A stretch of 64,000 nucleotides of DNA from NCBI RefSeq assembly GCF_006345805.1, contig NC_043006.1:101122001-101186000 (forward strand). Reading direction: 5' to 3'. The notes below the pieces were generated by a model. The model saw only the letters and a list, made by a program, of their open reading frames with translations. It was not told where the DNA came from and made no database searches. The stretch's first letter is position 1. Every line of letters begins with the position of its first letter. The DNA comes from Octopus sinensis (lineage: Eukaryota). A program made the translations under genes and the position numbers. Shown here one piece after another: positions 36,968 through 48,902 of the stretch.

Positions 36968-39900
36968 CTAGTCCTGCCGGGTCCTCTCATGCACAGCACA
37001 CTTCCATAGGACTCGGTCTTCAGTCATTTCCTTGGTGAGACCTAAAGTTCGAAGGTCGTGCTTCACCACCTCGTCCCAGGTTTTCCTGGGTCTACCTCTT
37101 CCACAGGTCCCTCAACTGCTAGGTTGTTGCACTTTTGCACACAACTATCTTCAGCCATTCTCGTCACATGACCATACCAGCGCAGCCGTCTCTCTTGCAC
37201 ACCACAACTGACACTTCTTAGGTTCAACTTTTCTCTCAAAGTACTTACACTCTGACGATTATGAACACTGACATTACACATCCATCGGAGCATACTGGCT
37301 TCATTTCTTGCAAGCTTACGCATATCCTCAGCTGTCACGGCCCATGTTTCACTACCATGTAGCATGGCTGTACGTACACACGCATCATATAGTCTGCCTT
37401 TTACTCTTAGCGAGAGACCTTTTGTCACCAGCAGGGGTAAGAGCTCTCTAAACTTTGCCCAGGCTATTCTTACCTAGCAGTTACACTTTCAGCACACCCA
37501 CCCCCGCTACTGACTGGTCTCCTAGGTAGCGGAAGCTATCAACTACTTCTAGTTTGTCTCCCTGGAACGTGGTAGAAGTTGGACTCTGCACATTTCCAGT
37601 GTTATTTCTCTGAGCATCTGCCACAGACAAAAACTATTTTCTTAGTTAGCCTTCCTTTGACATTGCTGCACCTCTTATGTGTCCATAGCTTACACTTGGT
37701 GCACCTTATAGAGTTTCTACTACACCTTTTTACAGATCGAGCAGGGCCATCTACCTGAAGTCGTTTGTGGTTGGTCCACCTTCCTACTTATTAGGACTTT
37801 GGTTTTGGCTAGGTTGATTCTAAGGCCCTTCGATTCTAATCCTTGTTTCCACACCTGAAACTTCTCCTCCAGTTCTGATAGTGACTCAGCAATTAGAGCA
37901 AGGTCATCAGCATATAGGAGCTCCCAGGGGCATCCTGTCTTAAATTCTTCCGTTATTGCCTGGAGGACTATGATAAATAGGAGGGGGCTGAGGACTGAAC
38001 CTTGGTGGACCCCAACCTCTACCCGGAATTCTTCACTGTACTCGTTGCCAACCCTCACCTTACTAGCTGCGTCTCTGTACATGGCTCGCACAGCTCTCAC
38101 TAACCATTCATCTATCCCTAGTTTCCTCATTGACCACCAGATAAGGGATCGGGGGACCCTGTCAAAGGCTTTCTCTAAGTCAACAAAAGCCAGGTACAAG
38201 GGCTTACCTTTGGCTAGGTATTTCTCCTGCAGCTGTCTTACCAGAATATAGCATCAGTAGTACTTTCCCTGGCACGAACCCAAACTGCATATCATCTAAG
38301 CTAACTCTCTCTCTAATTAACTGGGCTATAACCTCTCCGTAACCTTCATTACCTGATCCAACGCTTGATGCCCCTGTAGTTATTTGTATCTAGGGCATCG
38401 CCTTACCTTTGTAGCAGTTGACTATTATGCTGCTACACCAGTCATTGGGTATGACTCCTTCGTGTATCACCTGGTTAACTATACGGGTGACTATGCTATA
38501 GCCGACACTACCAGATATATTTTGAGCATCTCTGCAGTAATTCCTGATGGGCTGGGGCTTTCCCTGTCTTCATGCTTCTAATTGCCTTAGCTACCACGGA
38601 ACTATCAACTCGGATAGCTGGTCCCTCTGTTGGGTAACATTCGGCAGACTCTCTTTATCCCATTCATTTTCCTCATTCAGCAACCTTTCATAGTGGCGTC
38701 TCCAAGCTTCTCTCTTTGCATCCTCATTTAACGCAAGTGAACCATCCTCCATGCGAACACATTTCTCTCCTACCACATCTCGATTCTCTCTCACACACTG
38801 TCTTGCAACACGAAATACCTCAAGTCTTTCATCCTCACGGCGCAGGACATTGGCAAATTTTCTTTTATCTGCTTCCCCTCTGGCTAGATAGACCTGTCTC
38901 CTAGCTTCCTTCTGGCAGTCTGATACACTTCCCTGCTACCACCGTTCTTCCAGGCCTTCCAGCCTGTTTCTTTTGTCTAATAGCCCTATCAACAATATTG
39001 TTCCACCACCATGTTATTTTGGGTCTTAAGGGACTTTGCACCAGCCACAGATCTGGTCAGCGGCTTTCAGCAGGTTGTCCCTCAGAAACGTCCAGTTGTC
39101 TTCTACCTCATGTGTAGCTATACCCCCTTCCACTTCGTCAAAGGCTTCAAGTAACATATCTCTAAATCTCTGTCCATTCGCAGGGTCTTTAAGCTTCCAG
39201 ACCCTTCTTCTCCATGTTGGTTGTCTTCTAGTCGCCCTCTTAGTCCTGATCCTAAAGTCACTAACTACCAGTCTATGTTGTGGGGTGCATTCTTCGCCCG
39301 GGAAGGTTTTGGCATTTATAAGCAGCCATTTTCCCTTTTTCTGGCGAGGATGTAGTCGATTTGGCTAGCATGCCGGCCCGATCGGTAGGTGACCAGGTGG
39401 CTTGTTGGTTTCCTGAAGTTAGTGTTGCAGATCATAAGACTATTCGCATCGCAGAACTCCAGCAGCCTGGTTCCCTCCTCGTTGCGGGAACCATAACCGT
39501 AGCCTCCATGCACGCCATGGAAGCCCCCAGCATGTCGTCCAACATGCCCATTGAAATCACCAGCCACAAAGAGAAGGTCCCTGTCGTTCGTCAATGAGGT
39601 GGTCTGCAGTAGGGTGTCATAGAAACTGTCTTTCTGTCCATCGGGTAGCCCTGGCTTGGGGCATAGGCCGATATAATGGTTGCTAATCTATGATGAAGCA
39701 CTATTCTAATCTTAAGTATTCTGTCACTTACTCTGATTACCTCAATTACTCTATCTATCCATTTCTCAGCGATAAGTATACCCACGCCACCAACCCCGTC
39801 AGTGTTCCCTGCCCAGAAAATCTTGTACTGTGTTCCTTGCCTGTGAGGAACCTAGCAGATCCTCCTCTCCACCTTATTTCTTACATACAACATACGTCAA

Positions 39901-40035
39901 ACACTCTCCGTTCAAGCATCTCGACTATCTCGCCAGACCTACCTTTCAGTGTGCCAGCGTTGAGGGTGCCCACCCTGAGGGGTGGAAGGAATTGACCCGA
40001 GAGGCCCAGGGACGGGGAGCAGTGCCGTCATGTAC
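36968..40035 (-). pseudogene. RTE ORF (APE, RT, PHD-type finger, C-terminal domain), multiply frameshifted as assembled
   Basis: LRVGTLNAGTLKGRSGEIVEML, AGDFNGHVG, SQIDYIL, FVDLEKAFDRVPR, GVHQGSVLSP, YADD, MLHGSETW, RRLRWYGHV; stop at 36968-36970. Confidence 0.9.
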
Positions 40036-40146
40036 CTGAAAAGAAGAAGAAAACTCGCATTTGGCAGAATTCATAAGCAAAGCAATGAACTTAAGTTCAA
40101 CCTGTTACACTGCACTAACATGTTTTTGCGATATATATATATATAT

Positions 40147-40190
40147 GGCGGTGCCCCAGCATGGCCACAGCTCGTGAGCTGAAACTAGAA
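40147..40190 (+). mobile_element. 44-bp 3' stub of an element related to the SINE A tail, within (TA)n
   Basis: GGCGGTGCCCCAGCATGGCCACAGCTCGTGAGCTGAAAC versus GGCGGTGCTCCAGCATGGCCGCAGTCAAATGACTGAAAC in SINE A. Confidence 0.7.
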
Positions 40191-40208
40191 TCAATATATA
40201 TATATATA

Positions 40209-41350
40209 CTGAACTACAAAAGAAACATTACTCACATACTAAATAGAAACCGGTTTATTAACAGATTGCCATAGCATTGATTGAAGAGTGCTAATTAAGA
40301 AACCATTCTTTCCTAATGATAAAATGTCATTTCCTGAAACATGTTTGATGTCACATGGTGTCACGTGATGACGGAGTGTCTTGGATCCAAAGAGATGAAC
40401 TCAATTCTCGTGTGAACACCATTAGCGTTGATAACCACCAGGCATCTTCTGTACATTGACTGCACCAAATGATTGATGAAGGCCATGGGGATAGCAGCCC
40501 ACACTCTGTTAAAACTTGCAGTGAGTTGTGCCGCAGTTGTTGACCTTGAACAGATGTCATTTAGCCTTCTTTAGATTTCATCCCACAGATGCTCTATGGG
40601 ATTCAAGTCTGGACTTAGGGCAGTCCACAGCAGTGTCTGGATGTTGTGCTGTTGGAGGAAGTCTTTTGTCAACCTGACAGTATGGGCACAGGCGTTGTCA
40701 TGCTGGAACACGTGATTTGATGACGGGCAATGTATGATACAATGTGAGGCATCAATACTTGGTCGATGTAGCAAGCTGTGGTTACTCCATTGCCCCGGCC
40801 TTGGCCAATGTTTTGGAAGGCTACTGGTCCAAGATTGTGGTTGAGTGCAAATCCGCTCCATACCATGATGCTCTGTCCTCCCTATGAGTCTCATTCCACC
40901 ACACAGCCATCGGCATGACGCTCACCCCTTCTTCTCCAAACCCTAGCTCTGCCACCTGCCACAGAAATGCAATATCAACTTTCATCAGAGAAGACTACAG
41001 TCCTCCACTGCTGGTATCACCAGTTCTGACGTTTTTGAGTCCACTGCAGACAGACCTGTCAATGAGAATCTGAGAGGATATAGACCCTAACCAGACATTG
41101 ACAAGACAGATTGAAAGATCTCAGCCAGCAGCAAACTGTCTCTGCACAAATAAGTCAGTGGTGGGTCCCTATGGCCTGCCTAACTGATTCCCTTGCCCTC
41201 CAGAATCAGTCCTGTAAATGCTGTCGGTGCAGGTGGTGATCTTGACATGCCGTTGTAACCCTCGGTTGGTCATTCAAGCTGTTTGTGGCATTGTATCATT
41301 TGTGGCATTGTATCATTTCTTCAAAGTGCAATATTTCTTTTGTAGTTCAG
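40209..41350 (-). mobile_element. Tc1-family DNA transposon, decayed DD34E transposase
   Basis: TIRs CTGAACTACAAAAGAAA and TTTCTTTTGTAGTTCAG flanked by TA; motifs VFSDES, MVWSGF, FQHDNA...SPDLNPIEHLW with 34 residues between D and E. Confidence 0.9.
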
Positions 41351-42801
41351 TATATATCTTATATAACATAACAGAGTTTGTGTGTGTGTGTGTGTTTGTG
41401 TACGTGCATATGTGCATATTTCCCTTATGGATTCAAAAACTGAGTTGCCGATTTTGACGGCTGAGGTATGAAAAGATTTAGTAATCTACCAAAAAAAGTA
41501 TGTTTTTTGCACAACTCTTTTTTGCTACAAAAATAACCTCAAAAATGAGGTTGGGTTGCACAATTTTGAGGCCTATAGCTAAGGGAGGCAATTCTGGCTG
41601 AACATAGAGCTTAATGAGAAAATGCTTAAAATGCATGGTGTTTTACCAGGGAATAAAACTTCAATGATATACCATCAATTTTATTTGTATTATTTAGTAG
41701 AGAATCTTTTAATGTGAAGTATGTTTGTCTGAGTTTTGTTTGGCCCAGTGTTGCCTCTAATGTTACAGACACATTGTATAGTTTTTTTCCTTTTTTTTTT
41801 TTCTTCCTGAAATACTGTAAATTTGTGTCTTTCTTTCTATGAAAGGGTGTGTTTTAAGAGAGATTTGGTTGCTATTTGTAGTAGCTCAAGTTACCACAGA
41901 CACTTCTGAGTGTATATGTGTGTGTGTGTGTGTATGTGTGTGTGTGTGTGTTTTGTTGTGGTGAAAAAAATACTGTTTCTCATACTATTTTGCATAATAA
42001 TTTTTTAAGAAATCTGGACATCTTTCTTACTACTAACCATTCAACTTCAAATTACAACTGTTAATTGTTGGAAGTCAAGTAGACTGAGATGTAAATATAG
42101 AGTTATCATATACAGTGGAAATTCAATACTAGGTATTGAACTAATTATCTTGTGGTTAGTAATCCATTACCTTAAATTTAAAACCATTAAGTCTTTAAGT
42201 ATTATTTTACTGTAGTCGTGATGGGGTACCACCTTCAAAAATTTAATTGATCATACTGACCTCAGTATGCATTTCAATTTGGTATTTATTTTATAGATCT
42301 CCGTTTGATGAACTGATAACTTTGAGACATAGAGGGACACCATACTCAATTTGACAACAAATGCAAACACACATAGATACACACGTACTGGGTGCAAGAA
42401 TGACTGTTGTGGTTGACAAGTTTGCTTCCCAACCACATGGTTCCACATTCAGTCTTTCTACATGGTACCTTGCACAAATGTTTTCTACTAGAGCACTACG
42501 GCAACCACAGACTTGTGACTGAATTTCGTAGATGGAAACTGCAGCATTAATCATCAGAAAATGACCCAAAAACATGTTTATAAAGAAGAGTGGTTTGCTT
42601 CATACACCTCATGTGTCAATTCCACCCGTAAGAAAGGAAAAAATATATACAATGTGGATGTAGGTTATAACACTTGGGCAATGCCAGGCTGCATTGCTAG
42701 TGTGTGCATTATACATATATATATATATGTATGTATGTATTTATATATATATTTATATATATATATATGTATGTATGTATATATATATATATTTATATAT
42801 A

Positions 42802-42837
<36 letters not shown>

Positions 42838-42876
42838 TGTATATATATATATACATATATATGTAGATATATATAT

Positions 42877-42921
<45 letters not shown>

Positions 42922-42940
42922 AAGTGTGTGTGTATATATA

Positions 42941-43321
42941 TTCTTCTACTTGTTGCAGTCATTTGCTGGAACACTGCCTTTAGTCGAACAAATTGACTCC
43001 AAGATTTAGTCTTTGTGAACCTTGTACTTATTTTATCAGCCTTTTTTGCCGACCTGCTAAGCTATGGGAATGTAGACATACCAACACCGGTTGTCAAGTA
43101 AAGGTTGGGGGGGACAAACAAATACACACACACACATAAATATACACACATATATACACGATGGGCTTCTTTCAGTTTTCATCTACCAAATCTACTCACA
43201 AGGCTTTGATTGGCCTGAGGATATAGTACAAGATACTTGCCCAAGATGCCATGCAGTGGGACTGAACCCAGAACCATGTGTTTAAGAAGCAAGCTTCTTA
43301 CCACACAGCCACCCCTGCACC
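42941..43321 (-). mobile_element. SINE A, degenerate
   Basis: Reverse complement of the consensus. Confidence 0.8.
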
Positions 43322-43322
43322 T

Positions 43323-43354
<32 letters not shown>

Positions 43355-43423
43355 GTAGATATACTATATATGTGTGTGTGTGTATGTATATATTGGTAAA
43401 TATACTATATATATATAATATAT

Positions 43424-43474
<51 letters not shown>

Positions 43475-43740
43475 TAATCCTTCACCATATCAAGGTCCAC
43501 CTATCGTGCAGTCAGTACATTGTGGGTCACCTAACACACACTCAGTACATCACAGATTTTCCTGGCTAACATATATAAATTTATATCACAGACTCCTCAG
43601 TATGTCATGCGTTTCTGGGTCTAATAGGTATTTATATTTTTTCAGGTTTTAATTATTTCTGTGAGAGGTTTTGGGACATAACACCTGCAATAGTCAAGGG
43701 ATTGCTGTATATAGATATGGGTATATATATATGTGTATAT

Positions 43741-44031
43741 GGAGGCGCGATGGCCCAGTGTTTAGGGCAGCGGACTCGCGGTCGAAGGATCGCGGTTTCG
43801 ATTCCCAGACCGGGCGTTGTGAGTGTTTATTGAGTGAAAACACCTAAAGCTCCACGAGGCTCCGGCAGGGTTTGGTGATCCCTGCTGTACTCTTTCACCA
43901 CTCTTTCTTCTGTTGGCCTGCTCGCTTAGCCAGCGGGGTGACGTCATTCGAAGGCTAGAACAATGCGAATGCATTGTGACCAGTGATGTGTAACAACATC
44001 TGATGGTCTGGTCGGTCACGTGATCACGTGA
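43741..44031 (+). mobile_element. SINE C, second copy, in a TA-rich tract
   Basis: Near identical to 3347-3651. Confidence 0.9.
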
Positions 44032-44069
44032 TATATGTGTATATATATGTGTGTGTATGTGTGTGTATG

Positions 44070-44116
<47 letters not shown>

Positions 44117-44141
44117 TATATATTTATATGGATATATATCT

Positions 44142-44520
44142 GTGCATATGGCATGGCTGTGTGTTAAGAAGCTTACTTCCAAACCACATGGTTCCAGGTT
44201 CAGTCCTACAGCATGGTACCTTGGGCAAGTGTCTTCTATAGCCTTGGTCTGACCAAAACCTTCTGAGTGGATTTGATAGAAAAATCTGAAAGATATATAT
44301 ATGTGTGTGTGTGTGTATATGTGTGTCTTTGTGCTTGTGCTTGTCCCCATTATCACTTGACAACCGGTGTTGGTGTGTTTACATCCCTGTAACTTAGCAG
44401 TTCAGCATAAAGAACCAATAGAATATGTTCTAGGCTTAAAATAAGTCATGGGGTCGATTTGTTCAGCTAAAAACCCTTAAAGACGGTGCTTCAGCATGGC
44501 CACAGTCAAATGACTTCACA
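44142..44520 (+). mobile_element. SINE A, degenerate
   Basis: Head, internal microsatellite and tail stem present. Confidence 0.8.
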
Positions 44521-45082
44521 AAATACGATTTACTTTTAATTCTTCTGAGGTCATCTAGTTTAACAAAAAATATGTCACTGTACTTTTTCATAGAAATCTT
44601 CATCACATATAATAAATATGTATTAAGTAAACATGTTTTAAGATTAGATTAACTGCATAAAAATATACTTTGTTGTTAGTTTCATTAATATATTCATTTA
44701 ACAGATGATTATTGTTGTTGTTCTTCAGCAAATTAACAATCAAATTAACGAAGGCACTCCAGGTGTGATCAACCTGTCTTTTATTCAGGCATGATGTATT
44801 TGGGACTACATCACCTGAGATGTCCTTCCTTTTAGAAGATGGTAGCATGTGTGCATGTGTGAGTATGTGTGCACACACACACATGTGCATGTGTGTGCAT
44901 GCATATGTGTGTGTGTGTGTGTGTGCATGTGTAAAACTCAAAAGAGATTTAGCTGTTATTTTTACCAGGTCAAGTGACATCATAGAGACCACTCTTATTG
45001 CCTTTCCTACAAACATTATATTAGACAGAGGATTTAGGAGGGCTACTTAGGTTTTATTATATCCATTAAAAAAATAGCCTAT

Positions 45083-45556
45083 TTCCCAACCACATGGTTT
45101 CAGGTTCAGTCCTACTACATGGCACTTTGGGCAATGTCTGCTACTATAGCCTCAGGCTGACCAAAACCTTGTGAATGGATGTGGTACATGAAACTGAAAG
45201 ATGCCCATTGTGAGTGTGTGTGTGTGTGTGTGTGCATGTGCATTTGTGTCCGTGTGTATCTGTATGTGTGGGTGTGTGCATGTTTGTATGTGTGCATGTG
45301 TGAGTGTGTGTGCGTGTGTGTGTGTGGACGTGTGTGTGTATGTGTGTCATTGTGTCTGTGTTTGTCCCCCACCATCACTTGACAATTAGTATTGGTGTAT
45401 TTATGTCCCAGTAACTTAGCGGTTTGGCAAAAGAGACCAACAGAATAAGTACAAGGCTTAAAAACGAACAAGCATTGGGGTCCATCTATTTGACTAAACA
45501 TTTTTCAAGATGATGATTTAGCATGGCTGCAGCCGAGTAACTGAAACAAAGAAAAG
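45083..45556 (+). mobile_element. SINE A, degenerate, with expanded internal (TG)n
   Basis: Family body around a roughly 170-bp TG-rich tract. Confidence 0.75.
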
Positions 45557-45861
45557 ATGAAAGACAAAACACAATGGACCAAATATATCACCTTCATAAT
45601 AACAACAATGAATTCGTTTAATTGTGGACAAAGTAAATTTTATAGACATGTATTTGCATAGAATGTTTTGATATGAGGTTGTGTGTTGAAACTAAAATGA
45701 TTGTAGCATAGAAGACACAAGTTAGCCATTCAGAAACACCCAAAAACCATCTTCTTCACTCAAAACATTTATTTCTAACATGGTGTACAAATTTTTATTA
45801 TTCAAAACTGTCAGAGTACAGGTTGCAGTTTTGGGCAATGAAGATTTTGACACCATATTCT

Positions 45862-46626
45862 TTTCTACTCTAGGCACAAGGCCCGAAATTTTGGGAGGAG
45901 GGGGGCACTCGATTAGATCAACCCCAGTATGCAACTGGTACTTAATTTATTGACCATGAAAGGAAGAAAGGTAAAGTTGACCTTGGCAAAATTTGAACTC
46001 AGAACGTAAAGACAGACGACATACCGCCAAGCATTTCACCCAACATACAAACTTTTCTTATTTCTTTATTGCCCACAAGGAGCTAAACATAGAGGGAACA
46101 AACAAGGACAGACAAAGGGATTAAGTCGATTACATCGACCCCAGTGCGTAACTGGTATGTAATATATTGACCCAAAAGAATGAAAGGCAAAGTCGACCTC
46201 GGCAGAATTTGAACTTAGAACATAACGGCAGACGAAATACCTATTTCTTTACTACCCACAAGGGGCTAAACACAGAGAGGACAAACAAGGACAGACAAAC
46301 GGATTAAGTCGGTTACATCGACCCCAGTGCGCAACTGGTACTTATTTAATCGACCCCGAAAGGATGAAAGGCAAAGTCGACCTCGGCAGAATTTGAACGC
46401 AGAACGTAACGGCAGACGAAATACCTATTTCTTTACTACCCACAAGGGGCTAAACACAGAGGGGACAAACAAGGACAGACAAACAGATTAAGTCGATTAT
46501 ATCGACCCTGAAAGGATGAAAGGCAAAGTCGACCTCAGCGGAATTTGAACTCAGAACGTAGCGGCTGACGAAATACCACTAAGCATTTCGCCCAACATGC
46601 TAACAATTCTGCCAGCTCACCACCTT
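45862..46626 (-). mobile_element. SINE B cluster: one variant-tail copy plus a three-unit head-to-tail concatemer
   Basis: Units 46058-46240, 46241-46424 and 46425-46626; identical junctions GACGAAATAC|CTATTTC. Confidence 0.9.
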
Positions 46627-46829
46627 GATTTTGATACCATATTTCAAATAAATGTATAAGTGAAGTTATCTGTCATTGTGTGTTTCTGAATGGCTAATAG
46701 CTAACTTACATTTTCATGCTGCAATTGCCTGAGTAAATTTTGTAGTATTAGATCTATAATTATTCAATTCAGCCTCATTAACCTACTGGTATGTATTTTA
46801 TCACTCCATGAGCTTAGGACATTGACATA

Positions 46830-47230
46830 GCAAACATCATTATCATCACCATCATCTTCATCATCATCAGCATCTTTCAACGTCAGTTCTCCATGCTGGC
46901 ATGGGTTGGACAGTTTGACTGAAGCTTGCCAACGGAAGAGATTCCTGGGCTGCATTTTGTCTGTCTTGGCATGGTTTCTATGGCTAGATGCCCTTCCTAG
47001 TGCCAACCACTATACAAAGTGTATTGGGTGCTATTACGTAACACTAGCACAGATGTTTTTATATACTAACAGGGTTGCTTTTCCATGGCCCTGGCACGGG
47101 GGGGCTTTTATGTGGCACCAGCACATGTTTCTATGTGACACTAGGACAAGCACTTTTATGTGACACCAGCAAGAGCACTTTTATGTGGCACTGGCATGGG
47201 TGCTTTTACATGGCTCCAGCACCCACAAGC
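46830..47230 (-). mobile_element. Degenerate RTE-type tail with (CAT)n
   Basis: CATCTTTCAACGTCAGTTCTCCATGCTGGCATGGGTTGGAC...GATGCCCTTCCTAGTGCCAACCACT. Confidence 0.7.
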
Positions 47231-47860
47231 CTGCAAGACTAAGATCTCTTGGCTGAGAGAAGGACACAGAGGACATGCCCTGTATCCATGGACAGTCAGA
47301 ATAATGGCTGATTTCTTTCTTTTATTAGTAAAATTTACTGCTATGTTTCTGTTCTGTTTTGAGCTTATAAATTCATTAGGCCAGAGTTTCTTCTGGTTTC
47401 CATGGCATTTAAGCATGGGTCAACAGTTTGTGGTAGGACGATCCCCTCAACTACTGCTGGTACTTATTCAGAGCCATCTTAGCAGTATTATAGGCCCCTG
47501 AGCGACTTAATGCACTGAGCCCTATAGTATTTATTTACTGATAGAAATCTACAGCATACATAGAGCAGAACTGGAGCCCTAGACCCACAAGGACCACTGG
47601 GAAACTACTCCATGTGCTCATGCCCTAACACAATACTGTACATATTTTCAGACGAGTTAACTGAAGAAACATAAAGCGAAATACATTGCTTACATCTAAT
47701 CTGAGATCTAAAACTGCAACCTAGCAATCCTGAGCTCAACATCAAAATCGCCACATCACATATCTCCACTTTTACTGCTCTAGCATACAATAATTAAAAT
47801 CTTCACCATCATCAGCATCATAAACACCACCATGATCATCACCATTATTGTCGTTATCAC

Positions 47861-47912
<52 letters not shown>

Positions 47913-48181
47913 TTCATCATCATTTATACATCCGTTTTTCTATAGTGGCATGGATTGGACTGTTAGACAGGATTCAATAGATCAGAGGATCCACATTTTG
48001 CCCCAGTTTCATGATAATATTTAAGATATTTACCAAATGCATGAGTATATAGAGTATGTAGTGGTGTGGAGTGAGGAGAAGGATTGAATCTCCCTAAGAA
48101 TATGACTGGTCCATTATTTTATCAATTCCAGGAGGATAAGATTCAAATTCCACTTCTGATGATCAAAATGATTATATATGT

Positions 48182-48902
48182 TTGCGCTGGTATGGTCATG
48201 TACTATGGATGGATGGGGAGAGATGTGTGAAGAAGTGCCACTCCCAAACAGCTGAAGGAATCTGGGGTAGAAGTAGACCCAGGAAGACATGGGATGAAGT
48301 GATCAAGCATGACCCTCAAAAGTTGGGCCTCACAGAGGCAATGACGAAAGACCAAGACCTCTGGAGATATGCTGTGACTGCGAAGACCCAACAAATAAAG
48401 TGAGTTCATGGCTGTATCCTACACCAGCTTCACATAGCAGCCCCAGCCCATTCAAAGTACCTTGGATCGCAGGACAGCCTGCTGTGCTTACCTTAGATCG
48501 TGGGGTGACCTGCCGTGCTTGCGGTGACCTATTGAGTCAAGTACATCAACGTCAAAATAAAAATCAAATGGAAATTGTAGTTGTGACACCCGTGCCAGTG
48601 GCACGCAAAAAGCACTATCCGAACGTGGCCAATGCCAGTGCTGCCTTGGCTGGCTTCATTGTCAGTGGCATGCAAAAAGCACCACCTGATCATAGCCATT
48701 GCCAGCCTCCTCTGGGCCCTGTGCTGGTGGCATGTAAAAAGCACCCACCACACTCACAGAGTGGTTGGCCTTAGGAAGGACATCCAGCTGTAAAAACACT
48801 GCCAGATCAGACTGGAGCCTGGTGCAGCCTCCTGGCTTCCCAGACCCTGGTTGAACTGTCCAACCCATGCTAGCATGGAAAACGGACGTTAAACAATGAT
48901 GA
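48182..48902 (+). mobile_element. 5'-truncated RTE (C-terminus plus short 3' UTR)
   Basis: RWYGHVLWMDGERCVKKC...RSRPRKTWDEVIKHD; tail GGACGTTAAACAATGATGAT. Confidence 0.88.

Larger units (their letters stand above)
34304..40131 (-). mobile_element. Near full-length RTE-clade LINE with expanded 3' UTR
   Basis: Single EN-RT ORF, tandem 3' UTR, terminal CGTTAAA; (TA)n at the 5' boundary. Confidence 0.92.
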
